Of a stretch of 64,000 bases of DNA, positions 20,087 through 33,135 are shown in pieces. This stretch comes from an uncultured Pseudomonadota bacterium. GTDB taxonomy: Bacteria > Oederibacteriota > Muellerivitia > Muellerivitales > Muellerivitaceae. How positions within the stretch are numbered: the first letter of the stretch is position 1; every line of letters starts with the position of its first letter. The position numbers and the translations under genes were made by a program. The stretch covers positions 1-64,000 of the forward strand of contig CAVYRH010000016.1 in assembly GCA_963770835.1 (NCBI GenBank), given 5' to 3'. Below the pieces are notes generated by a model, which saw nothing but the letters and a program-made list of their open reading frames with translations, did no database searches and was not told the origin of the DNA.

Positions 20087-20116
20087 TTATCCACGATGGG
20101 GAGGCATTGCGTATGA
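20087..20116 (+). repeat. 30-bp site (TTATCCACGATGGGGAGGCATTGCGTATGA)
   Basis: Conserved left arm and central GA; contains GGAGG and the ATG of the next ORF. Confidence 0.7.
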
Positions 20117-21000
20117 AAGGCCTAAGACTGAATTGGCGGTATTTGATACTTGTTTTTATCGCTTGCGCGTTTAGCTTTCAGGAACCTCTTTTTAGCAGAG
20201 AAAATTCTAATACTGGGGGCATCACTCGCGAACAACTAATGAAATGGCTTGATGCCGTGACGGCGCCATTGTCCAAACCATCGGGGACATTAACGCCGGA
20301 ACAATTGAAATGGGGCGAAAAGCAATTAAAGCAAATGCTGAAAGACCGGCCGGCCATGGCTCTTTACGTGACTCAGGGGGATGATCTTTGGAACTGGACT
20401 GTCCGGCAGTTCGCTGGGGAAGTTTCCGGGGTGGAAGTGGGCTGGAACAACACCTGGTACGGTCCGGAAGCCGGTGGACGTAATGACCGGGACGCCGCGA
20501 CGACTTTTTGGCCTCCTAGCGACAAAATCCACGTAACCGTGACCGCTAAATATGGTGGCCTGGGGAACTTGAAAAACCAGGCCGAACTGAAAGGGAAACC
20601 GAAAGACGGCCCCATGCTTTGGTACGATACCATTTTTGAATTATTCAATTCGCAGAAAATGGTCCGTTTCATGAAGGTTTGCCGGAGGGCCATGGAAGGC
20701 AAAATCGACCGCGAGACTTTTATCCTGGAAATCGACATGGTAGAGAATGGAACCCGAAAGGAGGCTTTCGATTTCTACCAAAATATTTTTATTAAAAATT
20801 GCCAGGAAAAATCCCTACCCTTTCAAGACAGTGTTGTTGCTGACGAATTAAAGAACGCCACAGAACTTCAAAAGCAGTTTTACCCGGAAGACAGGATTGA
20901 CGAATTGATCTCTGGCAGGGAGTCGGTAGACCATTATCGGGCTTATGGGCAGATATACGATTCATTGATCGTTCCATACCTTCCCAAAAAGGGAACTTAA
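20113..21000 (+). CDS. Exported hypothetical protein (cassette-like)
   Basis: ATG 20113 with SD; signal-like N-terminus; flanked by two 30-bp sites. Confidence 0.7.
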   Translation: MKGLRLNWRYLILVFIACAFSFQEPLFSRENSNTGGITREQLMKWLDAVTAPLSKPSGTLTPEQLKWGEKQLKQMLKDRPAMALYVTQGDDLWNWTVRQFAGEVSGVEVGWNNTWYGPEAGGRNDRDAATTFWPPSDKIHVTVTAKYGGLGNLKNQAELKGKPKDGPMLWYDTIFELFNSQKMVRFMKVCRRAMEGKIDRETFILEIDMVENGTRKEAFDFYQNIFIKNCQEKSLPFQDSVVADELKNATELQKQFYPEDRIDELISGRESVDHYRAYGQIYDSLIVPYLPKKGT

Positions 21001-21010
21001 AGAATAGTGG

Positions 21011-21040
21011 TTGTCCACGAAGGGGACCCGTCGTGGACAG
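21011..21040 (+). repeat. 30-bp site (TTGTCCACGAAGGGGACCCGTCGTGGACAG)
   Basis: 28/30 to consensus, 10 nt after a stop codon. Confidence 0.9.
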
Positions 21041-21093
21041 GTTACATGAAGGGGTTTCACCATCTCATGGCAACTTATATCCGGGGGTAAAAA

Positions 21094-21524
21094 ATGTCAT
21101 GGTTCGTTGTTTTTTTATTAACGATCCTTTTTTTCATTTTTTATAAAAACCTGAAGAAACCCAATCAAACAATTTTGAAAAAGGCGTTATTTCCGGTTTT
21201 TGTTTTAATTTTCCTGTGTCTCTATTTTTGGGCTTTGTTTTTAGGGTCACATTTTCAATCTTGTGGAAATAGAATATTCGATATTTTAATTTTGATACCT
21301 TGGTTGATTATTCCTATTTCACTAGTTGCATTTGGGATTCATCATTACCGCCCATCAAAATGGTCGTTAGTTTTAATAATGGTTTGGGCATTTATGGCTA
21401 CATTTATGCTTTGCTTATATTCCATCATTTATTTGGCATCTCCAAAGTTTCAGTTGGGAGGAAGGCCGGTATCTGATTTATTAATTCCATGGCTTGCCCC
21501 AGTTTTAGGATTGATATTTTATTT
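21094..21524 (+). pseudogene. AT-rich multi-TM hypothetical protein, 3'-truncated at the 37-bp repeat
   Basis: Hydrophobic ORF runs into the repeat with no stop and continues antisense to the kinase gene. Confidence 0.65.
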
Positions 21525-21561
21525 CCTGCACATGCCTGTCGCAAAAAGGATGGTGTGCAAC
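21525..21561 (+). CRISPR. 37-bp CRISPR-like repeat, copy 1 (CCTGCACATGCCTGTCGCAAAAAGGATGGTGTGCAAC)
   Basis: Identical to 29111-29147, one mismatch to 37439-37475; TGCACA/TGTGCA dyad. Confidence 0.6.
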
Positions 21562-22462
21562 TTTTTCCCTCCGAGAGGGTGCGTTCGAGGGCTTCCGCCA
21601 CCGGCCGGAGGCTGTCCGGGAACTCCTCCAGTTTTTTCTCGGCCATCTCAGCCTCTATGCAACCCGTAATCTTCCGGGCTCCCGAATTGAAGGTCCGCAC
21701 CTTTCCGTCGTTTCTAACCACCACAATTCCGGTCTTGAGGGAGGAAAGAACGCTGTGGTGGTATTCCAAAAGGGATTTCAATTTACGGTTAATTTCGGTC
21801 ATTTTTTGGATGGAAGTGTCAGCTTGTCCCGCCAAAATAAGATTCATCCCCTCCAGCCTTTTTCTTTCATCTTCATGTTTTTTCGTTTCCATGGCGAGAA
21901 AACCGCTCATGGCGGCGGCAAGGAACAGGAAGGGAAATCGGACCAGCGAACCCGTGTCCGAAACCAGGAATTCCCCCGTAGTCTTATATTGAAGAAACAG
22001 GTAGAGGGCACAAGCCACAATGGCCACGGAAAAGACGCTTTTCACATCCTGGGAAAGGGCTGATATAAAAACAGTCGTAAAAAAGATTAAAAAAAGATCC
22101 GTGTCCTGAATGCCCGAAAGATAAAGTCCGGCTGTGATAAAAAGGGTATCGGCCACGAATAGTGTGGAAAGAAGCCCCTTATTTTCAAACCACCGGCTTC
22201 CCACAAAAAACATTCCCACGACAGAACAGGCAAAACAAGAGAGGAAAATTTCCACCCGCGCCTGGTAAATCGCTTGGTCATTTTTTTCGTTGAAGAACAA
22301 AAGAACAACAATCACCAAAAAAACCAACGACCGGAAAAGAATGAGAATTTCTTTGGTGCCGAGTTGGATGGCTGGACGCATTAAGATGCTGAAGTCCCCG
22401 CGAAAGGGCGCCAAGCGAGATGTTGGGTTCTTGGGTATTTCCAGCGTTGCCGTGTTGATCAT
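21562..22462 (-). pseudogene. Membrane PAS sensor (likely histidine kinase), truncated within the PAS region
   Basis: TM region, coiled coil, PAS start SLKTGIVVVRNDGKVRTFNSGARKITG; breaks at LSEGK where the repeat begins; no HisKA/HATPase. Confidence 0.75.
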
Positions 22463-22475
22463 GACTTAAAGAATG

Positions 22476-22491
22476 ATCAATCTTCGTGCCA
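22476..22491 (-). promoter_or_regulatory. Possible sigma-54 -24/-12 promoter
   Basis: TGGCACGAAGATTGAT versus TGGCAC-N5-TTGCW; -12 imperfect. Confidence 0.3.
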
Positions 22492-22663
22492 CCTTCCGGT
22501 CAAAAAAACACTAAAGAAGGGGCATTTTCATGAATCCCAAAAACAGTCCAGATGTTTTACGACCCATTGGGTAACTTTTACCCTTTCCATCATTAGATGG
22601 CATCAAAATAAAATGTTTAACAATCCGTGAATTTTTAAAATTTGACGGCAAGTACGATGGGAA

Positions 22664-22939
22664 TTATTTGAGATGAAAACCACGGTGAATCAAGAAGTTC
22701 TCGACTCGGTTTTTTACGATCATTAAGGCGTCGCCGGACAATTTTTCACCTGCTTCCAATTCAATAAGGGAACCTATCAATTCAAATAAATCGATAAAAA
22801 CTGATTTATGCCGAACGGTGAGTTCACCCGGAGAGAGGAGCACTTCTTCCATAGCGCGGGATGGGGGGTATATCTTGTCGAGGGTTTCCGTTGTCAGACG
22901 GGTGTCCAAGATATGCCGCAGAACGGCTTCTTTTTTCAT
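22664..22939 (-). CDS. Hypothetical protein
   Basis: 91-aa ORF with AAGGTG SD-like sequence. Confidence 0.6.
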   Translation of the reverse strand: MKKEAVLRHILDTRLTTETLDKIYPPSRAMEEVLLSPGELTVRHKSVFIDLFELIGSLIELEAGEKLSGDALMIVKNRVENFLIHRGFHLK

Positions 22940-23014
22940 GGAACACCTTTAGGTAAACGGTAATCCTAAAGGCATTTTTTGTCAACTTGCACAAAATACT
23001 AGATATTTTTGGCA

Positions 23015-26321
<3,307 letters not shown>

Positions 26322-26323
26322 CG

Positions 26324-26854
26324 CTATTTTTTCCTGAGCTTCTTGCGACGACGGGTTCGGCGGGATTTGGCATGAGGCTTAACCCTTGGTTTCAAGGCGA
26401 TGGTGTGTGCTGGGACTCTTTTATAGTAAATCAATTCCGGATCGTTCCGATCCAGATGGGTTATAAGACCCGACTTCACGAACCCGGCCCTCTCAAACAC
26501 GCCTTGCATGGCCTTGTTTGAACGGTTGGTAGAGGAAAAAAGCTTGTTACCGGGACAAAGATTCTCCATGGCCTGGATCAGGGCTGATGCCACTCCGTGA
26601 CGGCGCATCTTCGGATGCACCACCACCAAATCGATAAAATAATGACTGTAGAAGTCCTTGGTCCATATAAGGAATCCGGCGGGGATGCGTCCGACAAAGG
26701 CGATAAAGGCCCGTTTCTCTGTGAGGGCGGCGTTCAAATGGCGGAGCTTGTGCCATTTGGGCGCCGCGGCCTGGTTGATCTCGACCATTGCTTCCCGGTC
26801 TTTGGCCCGCGCCTGGTCGATCCGAAGTTTGAATTCCCTCTCGATGATGCCCAT
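26324..26854 (-). CDS. GNAT family acetyltransferase
   Basis: VVHPKMRRHGVASAL, N.AMQGVFERAGF. Confidence 0.85.
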   Translation of the reverse strand: MGIIEREFKLRIDQARAKDREAMVEINQAAAPKWHKLRHLNAALTEKRAFIAFVGRIPAGFLIWTKDFYSHYFIDLVVVHPKMRRHGVASALIQAMENLCPGNKLFSSTNRSNKAMQGVFERAGFVKSGLITHLDRNDPELIYYKRVPAHTIALKPRVKPHAKSRRTRRRKKLRKK

Positions 26855-26960
26855 GTCGTTTTCTTTTCCGTATTGTTGAAGCCATAGGCATTTTACAAAC
26901 AAACACTCACGGAGGGGCGGTTTTTCCGGCTTCTTTTGGCGGAAAAAGCTTATGGCAACT

Positions 26961-27998
26961 TTAAAGGATCAGCATGGCATCCCCATAGGACAGGAACCGG
27001 TAACCTTCCCGGAGCGCTTCCTCATAGGCTGCCAATACCCTTTCCCGGCCCGCGAAGGCACAAACCAGCATCAGCAGGGTGGACCGGGGTTGGTGGAAGT
27101 TGGTGAAGAGTGTATCGACTGCATTGAAGGAATAACCTGGCGAAATAAAAAGCCGCGTTTCATCGGGTTCAGAGCGGAATAGCCCGCCTGATTGAAACGC
27201 CGATTCCAGGGCGCGGACTACCGTCGTTCCAATAGCCACAACCCTTCCATGATTTTTCCGGGTCTCGGCAATAGCGGAAGCCGCTTTGGAGGGCACCTCG
27301 AACAACTCGGGATGCATGACATGGTCCTCAATTCGCTCTGAAGAAACCGGCTGGAAAGTTCCCATACCCACATGAAGGGTGACAGCTGCTTGCCGTATCC
27401 CCTTTTTCCTCAATTCCCCCAAAAGGGCTTTTGAGAAATGCAGCCCGGCGGTGGGCGCCGCCACTGAGCCTTCTTTTTTAGCGAAAAGAGTCTGGTATCT
27501 TTCACGGTCTATGGCATCGTCCTTGCGTTTGATGTAGGGCGGCAGGGGCACATGGCCGTTCCGAGCAAGGAAGGCCCGAACATTCCCGACTTTGTTCAAG
27601 CGAAGGATGAACCGCCCCTCCTTGAGAGATTCCAGTATCACGGCTTCCCCTTTGCCTTCCAACTTCAAGACTGGGCTTCCCTTGATCCGCTTGGCCGGAC
27701 TGACCAAAGCTTCCCACTCCTCTTTGGAATTCTCCAAGGCCGGCCGCAAGAGGAAAATCTCCAGTTTGGCCCCCGTATCGGATTTTATGGCATAAAGGCG
27801 GGCCGGAAAAACCTTGGTTTGGTTGACCACTATTAGGTCTTTCTCCAGAAGCCACTGAGGCAGGTCCCGGACAAAACTGTGGTTGACCCGTCCCGTTTTC
27901 CGGTCGAGCACCAGCATCCGGGCGTCATGGCGTTTCTCAAGGGGCCTCTGGGCAATCCTCTCTGTGGGAAGAGAATAGTCAAAAAAACTGGTTTTCAT
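26961..27998 (-). CDS. queA: SAM:tRNA ribosyltransferase-isomerase
   Basis: PLPPYIKR, YQT.FA, AAPTAGLHF, TNFHQPRSTL, SYGDAMLI. Confidence 0.97.
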   Translation of the reverse strand: MKTSFFDYSLPTERIAQRPLEKRHDARMLVLDRKTGRVNHSFVRDLPQWLLEKDLIVVNQTKVFPARLYAIKSDTGAKLEIFLLRPALENSKEEWEALVSPAKRIKGSPVLKLEGKGEAVILESLKEGRFILRLNKVGNVRAFLARNGHVPLPPYIKRKDDAIDRERYQTLFAKKEGSVAAPTAGLHFSKALLGELRKKGIRQAAVTLHVGMGTFQPVSSERIEDHVMHPELFEVPSKAASAIAETRKNHGRVVAIGTTVVRALESAFQSGGLFRSEPDETRLFISPGYSFNAVDTLFTNFHQPRSTLLMLVCAFAGRERVLAAYEEALREGYRFLSYGDAMLIL

Positions 27999-29110
27999 GG
28001 ATGTCCAGCCGAATCATTAAACCTCTCAAGGAAGGGGCTCCCGGAAGAAGCCAACGGGGATTCACCCCTCATTTTTTCAACGATGATACCGTGATAGTAG
28101 TACCTTAAAATCTCGAAAGCGGTGTACCCTCTCAATGCCATTCCACAGGCCCCCTCCTGGCAAAGCCCTACACCATGGCCCCAGCCCTTGCCAATAAAAA
28201 CCACCTTGGTTGGCCCCACTTCGGCCGTGAACCGGGTGCTTCGGATGAGGTCGGGTCCTACCGCCATGCGGAATGCGGTTCCCCGGATTGTTTTTCGGGA
28301 TCCATCCGCGTCCATTAGGGAAATCCTCAAGATACGGTTGGAACTATCCCTTTCCTGGGCTTCCAAACGAACGATATCACCGATCTTCACTCCCACGCCG
28401 CGCAATGATCGGACCAAATCTCGTATGGAAATTTCGGCCCTCCAACGAAAATGGGGTCCGTTGTTGCCGTAAGGGCAGCTCACGGGCCTCAGATAGGGTT
28501 TATCCTGGCTCCAAACGTCCAAAGCACCGCAGGTTTCACCCCCGCAATTGGAATGGAAAAAAGCCAGGATCGGTCGTGAATCGTAGGTGGCGATCTTTCC
28601 TTGGGTTTCGGAAACGGCCCGGTTAATTTTCTCGTTCACCAGGCCAGACCCCTGGTACATTTGGAATTGAGCCGTACTCTCCAAGTCGTAAGGCTCGCCC
28701 TTGTCACGGGCCTCGCCCCTTTTAAGAACCGCGAAGGTCCTGGCGGCGATGGCTTGGGCCTTCAAGGCTTCCAAAGGCCAATCGCGGGGTATTTCTCCCG
28801 CTAAAACCCCCATAACGTAATCCTCCAGGGAAAGTTCATTGACCACTGTGAGCGTCCCCCCACTATCCCGGAGGATTTCCATGGATCCCTTGAAATCCTT
28901 CCCGTTCACTTGGATCTCACCTTCACCTAGGGGTTCGATGTAAGCCTTGTCGGTATAAAGCTGGTCGGAGGTCAAGGTTGTTTCCTTGTAGCTCTTGGCT
29001 CCCCTTTGCACCACTGGGGTTCCTAACGGAAAACCCGATAGGATAAAAGATTCAGGAGCCAGCAGATGGACTGAATTTTGGCGTACCACGATGGCCACCC
29101 GGATCTTTTC
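27995..29110 (-). pseudogene. SpoIID/LytB-domain protein lacking its N-terminus (cut at the 37-bp repeat)
   Basis: LEALKAQAIAARTF, GWGHGVGLCQEGA; sequence before EKIRVAI is translated repeat, no signal peptide. Confidence 0.8.
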
Positions 29111-29147
29111 CCTGCACATGCCTGTCGCAAAAAGGATGGTGTGCAAC
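29111..29147 (+). CRISPR. 37-bp CRISPR-like repeat, copy 2
   Basis: Identical to copy 1. Confidence 0.6.
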
Positions 29148-29381
29148 AAATTTATTTCTTTAAGATGCGCCGACTGCGAGGCACCTCCCACGCCAATCCG
29201 AAACCGGGATTGTCATGTGAGGCAAGGCCGGCGCCGCTTTCGCTTTGTGAATAAATCCCCAAGACGGAATCCCCTTCTTAATTTCCAGCCCCGCCGCCGG
29301 TTTGTGCCGGCGGGGCCGGAAATTTAAAAGTCCCGCAAAAGAGGCCGAAGGCCCCAGGCAAAAAAATAAAGGAGCAAGTCA

Positions 29382-29690
29382 ATGGGACTGCAAATCGAAG
29401 TGAAGGATATGAAAAAAACCAAAAAGGAGGACACCAAGACCTTAGCGTTTTTCAAGGTCACGGTATCAGTGGACGGTGAGCCGGTTATCACCCTGCCGAA
29501 TTACCGATTGGTCAAGACCGACAAGGGTTTGAAGGTGGACGCCGCAATCCACGAGGTCAAGCAAGCGAAGGAGCAAGGTGGAAAGCCTGAATTCATCAAG
29601 TGCTACTACCCATTCAACAACCTCAACGAAAAGGTTCTGCCCGAAGCCGAGAAGGTCTACAAGGCTCTCCCGGTGAAAAAGGGCAAATAA
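29382..29690 (+). CDS. SpoVG-like nucleic-acid-binding protein A1
   Basis: LAFFKVTV..ITLPNYRLVKTDKGLKV pattern; AAGGAG SD; close paralog at 32396. Confidence 0.6.
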   Translation: MGLQIEVKDMKKTKKEDTKTLAFFKVTVSVDGEPVITLPNYRLVKTDKGLKVDAAIHEVKQAKEQGGKPEFIKCYYPFNNLNEKVLPEAEKVYKALPVKKGK

Positions 29691-29762
29691 GAGGAACAGC
29701 CCCGCCGGGGGCGCCGCCGAAAACGGCGCTACCCGGCAACATTTTTTTAGAAGGGGGAAAGA

Positions 29763-29945
29763 ATGTTTTTTATTCAGGTCAAAAATTCTTGGACTGGTCA
29801 GCTTGCCGGGGCTATAAGTGAAACGGACTCGGAAGCCTTTGATATGGTTCTACAGGAAAAAGGTTGGAAACCCTGGGACGTCCAGATCGTCGTAAGGGAA
29901 CAAATAGACCCAAGCCTTTACCGCCAGGAGGATTTAAAGGGCTAG
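29763..29945 (+). CDS. Small hypothetical protein
   Basis: 60 aa with AGGGGG SD. Confidence 0.45.
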   Translation: MFFIQVKNSWTGQLAGAISETDSEAFDMVLQEKGWKPWDVQIVVREQIDPSLYRQEDLKG

Positions 29946-30016
29946 AACTTGACGTGTGCCACAAATGTCGCTACAATTTATTTACGGTTATACGAACGCG
30001 AGGGAAACGAGGACTT

Positions 30017-30361
30017 ATGGCATTGAAACCGGAAGATGTGAAGGTTTGGGCAATCGAAGAATTAGAACGGGTTAAAGAAAAAATAAAAGCCTTCGATGAA
30101 ATGCCCAACGGTGCAATGTTCCGGGACCTTTATTTGAAATTTAAAGGTTACCTAAAAACCTTTCCGCCCGACAGCCGGGTTTTCTCAGTTCCCTTGAGTG
30201 ATGGCGGGGGCCTTTGGGTTGTCCATAGCGAACAAAAGCGGATTTTGTTAGTGGCACAATATTCCGCCCGATACGAAATCTGTTTAGTTAAACACCTTTT
30301 TTTGGCCGAGGAAGTGACCCAGGCCCTTTTTGATAAAATCATCAAAGGAGAAAAAATATGA
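30017..30361 (+). CDS. Hypothetical protein, possible toxin
   Basis: Shares LKTFPP and a GxWV strand with 33612-33980; coupled to the next gene. Confidence 0.5.
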   Translation: MALKPEDVKVWAIEELERVKEKIKAFDEMPNGAMFRDLYLKFKGYLKTFPPDSRVFSVPLSDGGGLWVVHSEQKRILLVAQYSARYEICLVKHLFLAEEVTQALFDKIIKGEKI

Positions 30362-30813
30362 AAACCCAAAAAGTTCATTTCCGGTTCAACCGGCGAATTG
30401 GGGTCAACAAAAGCGAAATGATCCGCTTTCGAGTTGACCTTATGAGGAAAAAGTCTTGGGTCGAGGCAATGGAAGCCTTGGGGGTGAAAGATTTTTCATC
30501 TTTTGCCCGGCAAGCCATTGACGGGGCCATTGACCGGGACTTTCGGGCCAAGGACCCTAAATGGCAGGAGTTTTTGAAGGCCGTAAAAGATATTTCCATC
30601 AAAATTTTGGGTTACCAGTTGATTGATAATCCTTCTTTGCGGAACCAGGATTTGACCGAAACCGAAAATATTTTGTACAAGAGGGGCCGGGAGTTGGCCC
30701 GCACCAGGGGAATAACCCATACTAAGGAACTGCCCACCCCTGAAAAAAAGACCATACGGTTTTCAGGGCGGCGCCCGGTTGTCATTCGTCATGCCCATGC
30801 GGCGAGGGCTTAA
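30358..30813 (+). CDS. Ribbon-helix-helix-like DNA-binding protein, putative antitoxin
   Basis: IRFRV...ALGVKDFSSFAR.AI; paralog at 34010. Confidence 0.55.
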   Translation: MKTQKVHFRFNRRIGVNKSEMIRFRVDLMRKKSWVEAMEALGVKDFSSFARQAIDGAIDRDFRAKDPKWQEFLKAVKDISIKILGYQLIDNPSLRNQDLTETENILYKRGRELARTRGITHTKELPTPEKKTIRFSGRRPVVIRHAHAARA

Positions 30814-30814
30814 T

Positions 30815-30967
30815 TTGAAAAGCAAACCAGAGGAAACAGGGAAGCTCTCCCTTAAAAAACCCGACGCCAAGACCGCCGCGAAGATTGACAAGGCGGTCAA
30901 ACATGCGGAAAAAACCGGGGAATGGATTTCTGATAAAGAATTAAGACCCCATGCTCATGGGAAATAA
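30815..30967 (+). CDS. Small basic protein
   Basis: TTG-KSKP start parallels 34428. Confidence 0.4.
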   Translation: MKSKPEETGKLSLKKPDAKTAAKIDKAVKHAEKTGEWISDKELRPHAHGK

Positions 30968-31052
30968 AACTAAGAAACCAAAGACCTCATCAAACACTTG
31001 AAGAAACTTTAAGAGCTAATTGTCCTCGAAGGAGGACAGCGGCCTTTTGGAG

Positions 31053-31084
31053 AAAAGCCCCGCCTTTCGGCAGGGGCTTTTTTT
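31053..31084 (+). terminator. Intrinsic terminator
   Basis: AAAAGCCCC-GCCTTTCGGCA-GGGGCTTTTTTT. Confidence 0.7.
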
Positions 31085-31266
31085 ATAACTGTTTTGTTTC
31101 CGCGTTTTTTTCGCAAACAGATTCATTCCAGCTTCGAAAAGTATCAAACAAAAAAAGCCCGACCCCTTCCGGGGCCGGGCCATTTTCCGGCTTTCACTTC
31201 TTCACGAAGTTTTGTGCCAGTTCCTTTTTTGGGAACTGGCACACACAAGGCCAGCGCCTCGGTTTG

Positions 31267-31695
31267 TTACCTCCGCGCAGTGGGCTTCCACTCCTTTTTC
31301 GGCCACGTCTTAGCAGGTGCCGCCGCACTCGTCACAGCCGCCGGCCCGGCCACCGCGGGCACCACAGAACTCGCCAGTGTCGTGGGAACCACGGACGCCA
31401 GACTCGCTGGTTTCTCCCCCGTCTTTTCCGCCACCGCTTTGCGGTAGGCTTCCAAGCCCTCATGCGTGATCAAATCCCTCAAGGCCTTGTTCAAGTAGTA
31501 GAAGGGAACAAATCCCACTTCCTTGAACTGCCGTGACGGCAAATCCACGAAAGTCCCCTTGGCCCCCTCGACAATTCTCATCCCTGGCCAAATAGCCTCG
31601 TACTTCTCCTCAAACGTCACCTTTGCCGAGAACGTCCCGACCTGCTGTCCCTTCTTGGCGATATTCAACTTCACAACTTCAATCTTTGGATTCAT
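31267..31695 (-). CDS. SpoVG-like protein B1 with Ala-rich tail
   Basis: GMRIVEGAKGTFVDLPSR resembles the SpoVG core. Confidence 0.7.
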   Translation of the reverse strand: MNPKIEVVKLNIAKKGQQVGTFSAKVTFEEKYEAIWPGMRIVEGAKGTFVDLPSRQFKEVGFVPFYYLNKALRDLITHEGLEAYRKAVAEKTGEKPASLASVVPTTLASSVVPAVAGPAAVTSAAAPAKTWPKKEWKPTARR

Positions 31696-32395
31696 GCGAA
31701 TCCTCCTCATTTTTATTTGAGGGTTCCGCGCCTTTTTACTGCGCCCCCCTCTACGAACGAGTAGGGGGGCGCGGGTAAAAAGGATTTTGCTTTTGGCTAA
31801 AGGGAAGTAGCGAAGCGGATTTCCTGTAGCTCCGGTCGGTAATCCTTTAAGCGACGAATCGCGAGAGTGAAACGCCAGCGTTCGAGGCCTGGTTCACCGT
31901 CCACGGTATTTGGGGACGAGGGAAGGGGCGTGAGACCCAAGGCCGCTCGCTGGGTTTATTTATTTGTACTTTGTGAAAGCCTATTCCCTACCTTCAAACA
32001 CAAAAGAAGGTTCGCCGGCCGCCGATTTCGCGGGCGTGTAACCTTCATCCATCCCCCCAATCCAGATGGGCCGAAGCCGGCCCAAACCCCAGCCATGCCC
32101 ATTGTAGATTCCTTTGAAAATTTATTTCTTAAAGACGCGCTGACTGCGAGGCACCTCCCACGCCAATCCAAAACCGGGATTGTCATGTGAGGCCGACCCA
32201 ATTGGCCTTCGGCCAAGGGCGATTGGAAACCATCGGGTCGGCGCCGCTGTCGCTTTGTGAATAAATCCCCAAGACGGAATCCCCTTCTTAATTTCCAGCC
32301 CCGCCGCCGGCCTTGTGCCGGCGGGGCCGGAAATTTAAAAGTCCCGCAAAAAAGAGGCCGAAGGCCCCAGGCAAAAAGGATAAAGGAGCAAGTCC

Positions 32396-32695
32396 ATGGG
32401 ACTGCAAATCGAAGTGAAGGACATGAAGAAATCGAAAAAGGAGGAAACCAAGACCCTTGCGTCTTTCAAGGTCACGGTTTCGGTGGACGGTGAGCCTCTC
32501 ATCACCCTGCCGAACTACCGGCTCGTCCAGACGGACAAGGGTTTGAAGGTGGACGCCGCCATCCACGAAGTCATCCAGCCGAAGAAGGCCGGGGACAAGG
32601 CGGACTTCATCAAGTGTTACTACCCCTTCGCCAACCTGAACGACGAGGTTTTGCCGGAGGCCGAAAAGGTCTTCAAGGGACTTCCGGTCAAGTAA
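32396..32695 (+). CDS. SpoVG-like protein A2
   Basis: Close paralog of 29382-29690. Confidence 0.6.
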   Translation: MGLQIEVKDMKKSKKEETKTLASFKVTVSVDGEPLITLPNYRLVQTDKGLKVDAAIHEVIQPKKAGDKADFIKCYYPFANLNDEVLPEAEKVFKGLPVK

Positions 32696-32758
32696 CCAGG
32701 AACGGCCCCGCCGGGGGCCTAAACCCGGCAATCCTTTTTCAGGAGAAGCGAATGACGC

Positions 32759-32787
32759 TTGACAATATGTCTCCCACGGGAGACAAT
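32759..32787 (+). promoter_or_regulatory. Sigma-70 promoter with operator palindrome
   Basis: TTGACA-17-GACAAT overlapping TGTCTCCC-AC-GGGAGACA. Confidence 0.65.
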
Positions 32788-32793
32788 TAGACA

Positions 32794-33135
32794 ATGGAAG
32801 CCAGACCAAGGACGCTCCTCGAATACCAGACCACGAAAGGCGAAAAGCCTTTTCGAGTTTGGTTGGACTCCGTTAAGGATGCCAAGGCGAAGAAGGCGGT
32901 TTTCGACCGTTTGCGCCGGGCCCAACTCGGAACCCTCGGGCATTGTGACGACGTCGGGGAAGGGGTTTGGGGCTTCAAGATCGACGTAGGGCCGGGTTAC
33001 CGGGTCTACTTCGGTCAGGACGGGCCGGTTCTGGTAATCCTCCTTTTGGGTGGTGAGAAGCACGGCCAACAAAAGGATATTAACCTGGCCAAGGATTACT
33101 GGCAGAACTATAAGGCCAGAAAAGGGAAAGGGTGA
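32794..33135 (+). CDS. RelE/ParE-family addiction module toxin
   Basis: PFRVWLDSVKD, VGEGV, GPGYRVYFG, LLLGGEK..QQKDI. Confidence 0.9.
   Translation: MEARPRTLLEYQTTKGEKPFRVWLDSVKDAKAKKAVFDRLRRAQLGTLGHCDDVGEGVWGFKIDVGPGYRVYFGQDGPVLVILLLGGEKHGQQKDINLAKDYWQNYKARKGKG

Noticed and set aside
19639..20112. N-terminal extension of the 453-aa ORF
   Set aside because: Overlaps nadK out of frame; ATG 20113 has an SD and a signal-like N-terminus.
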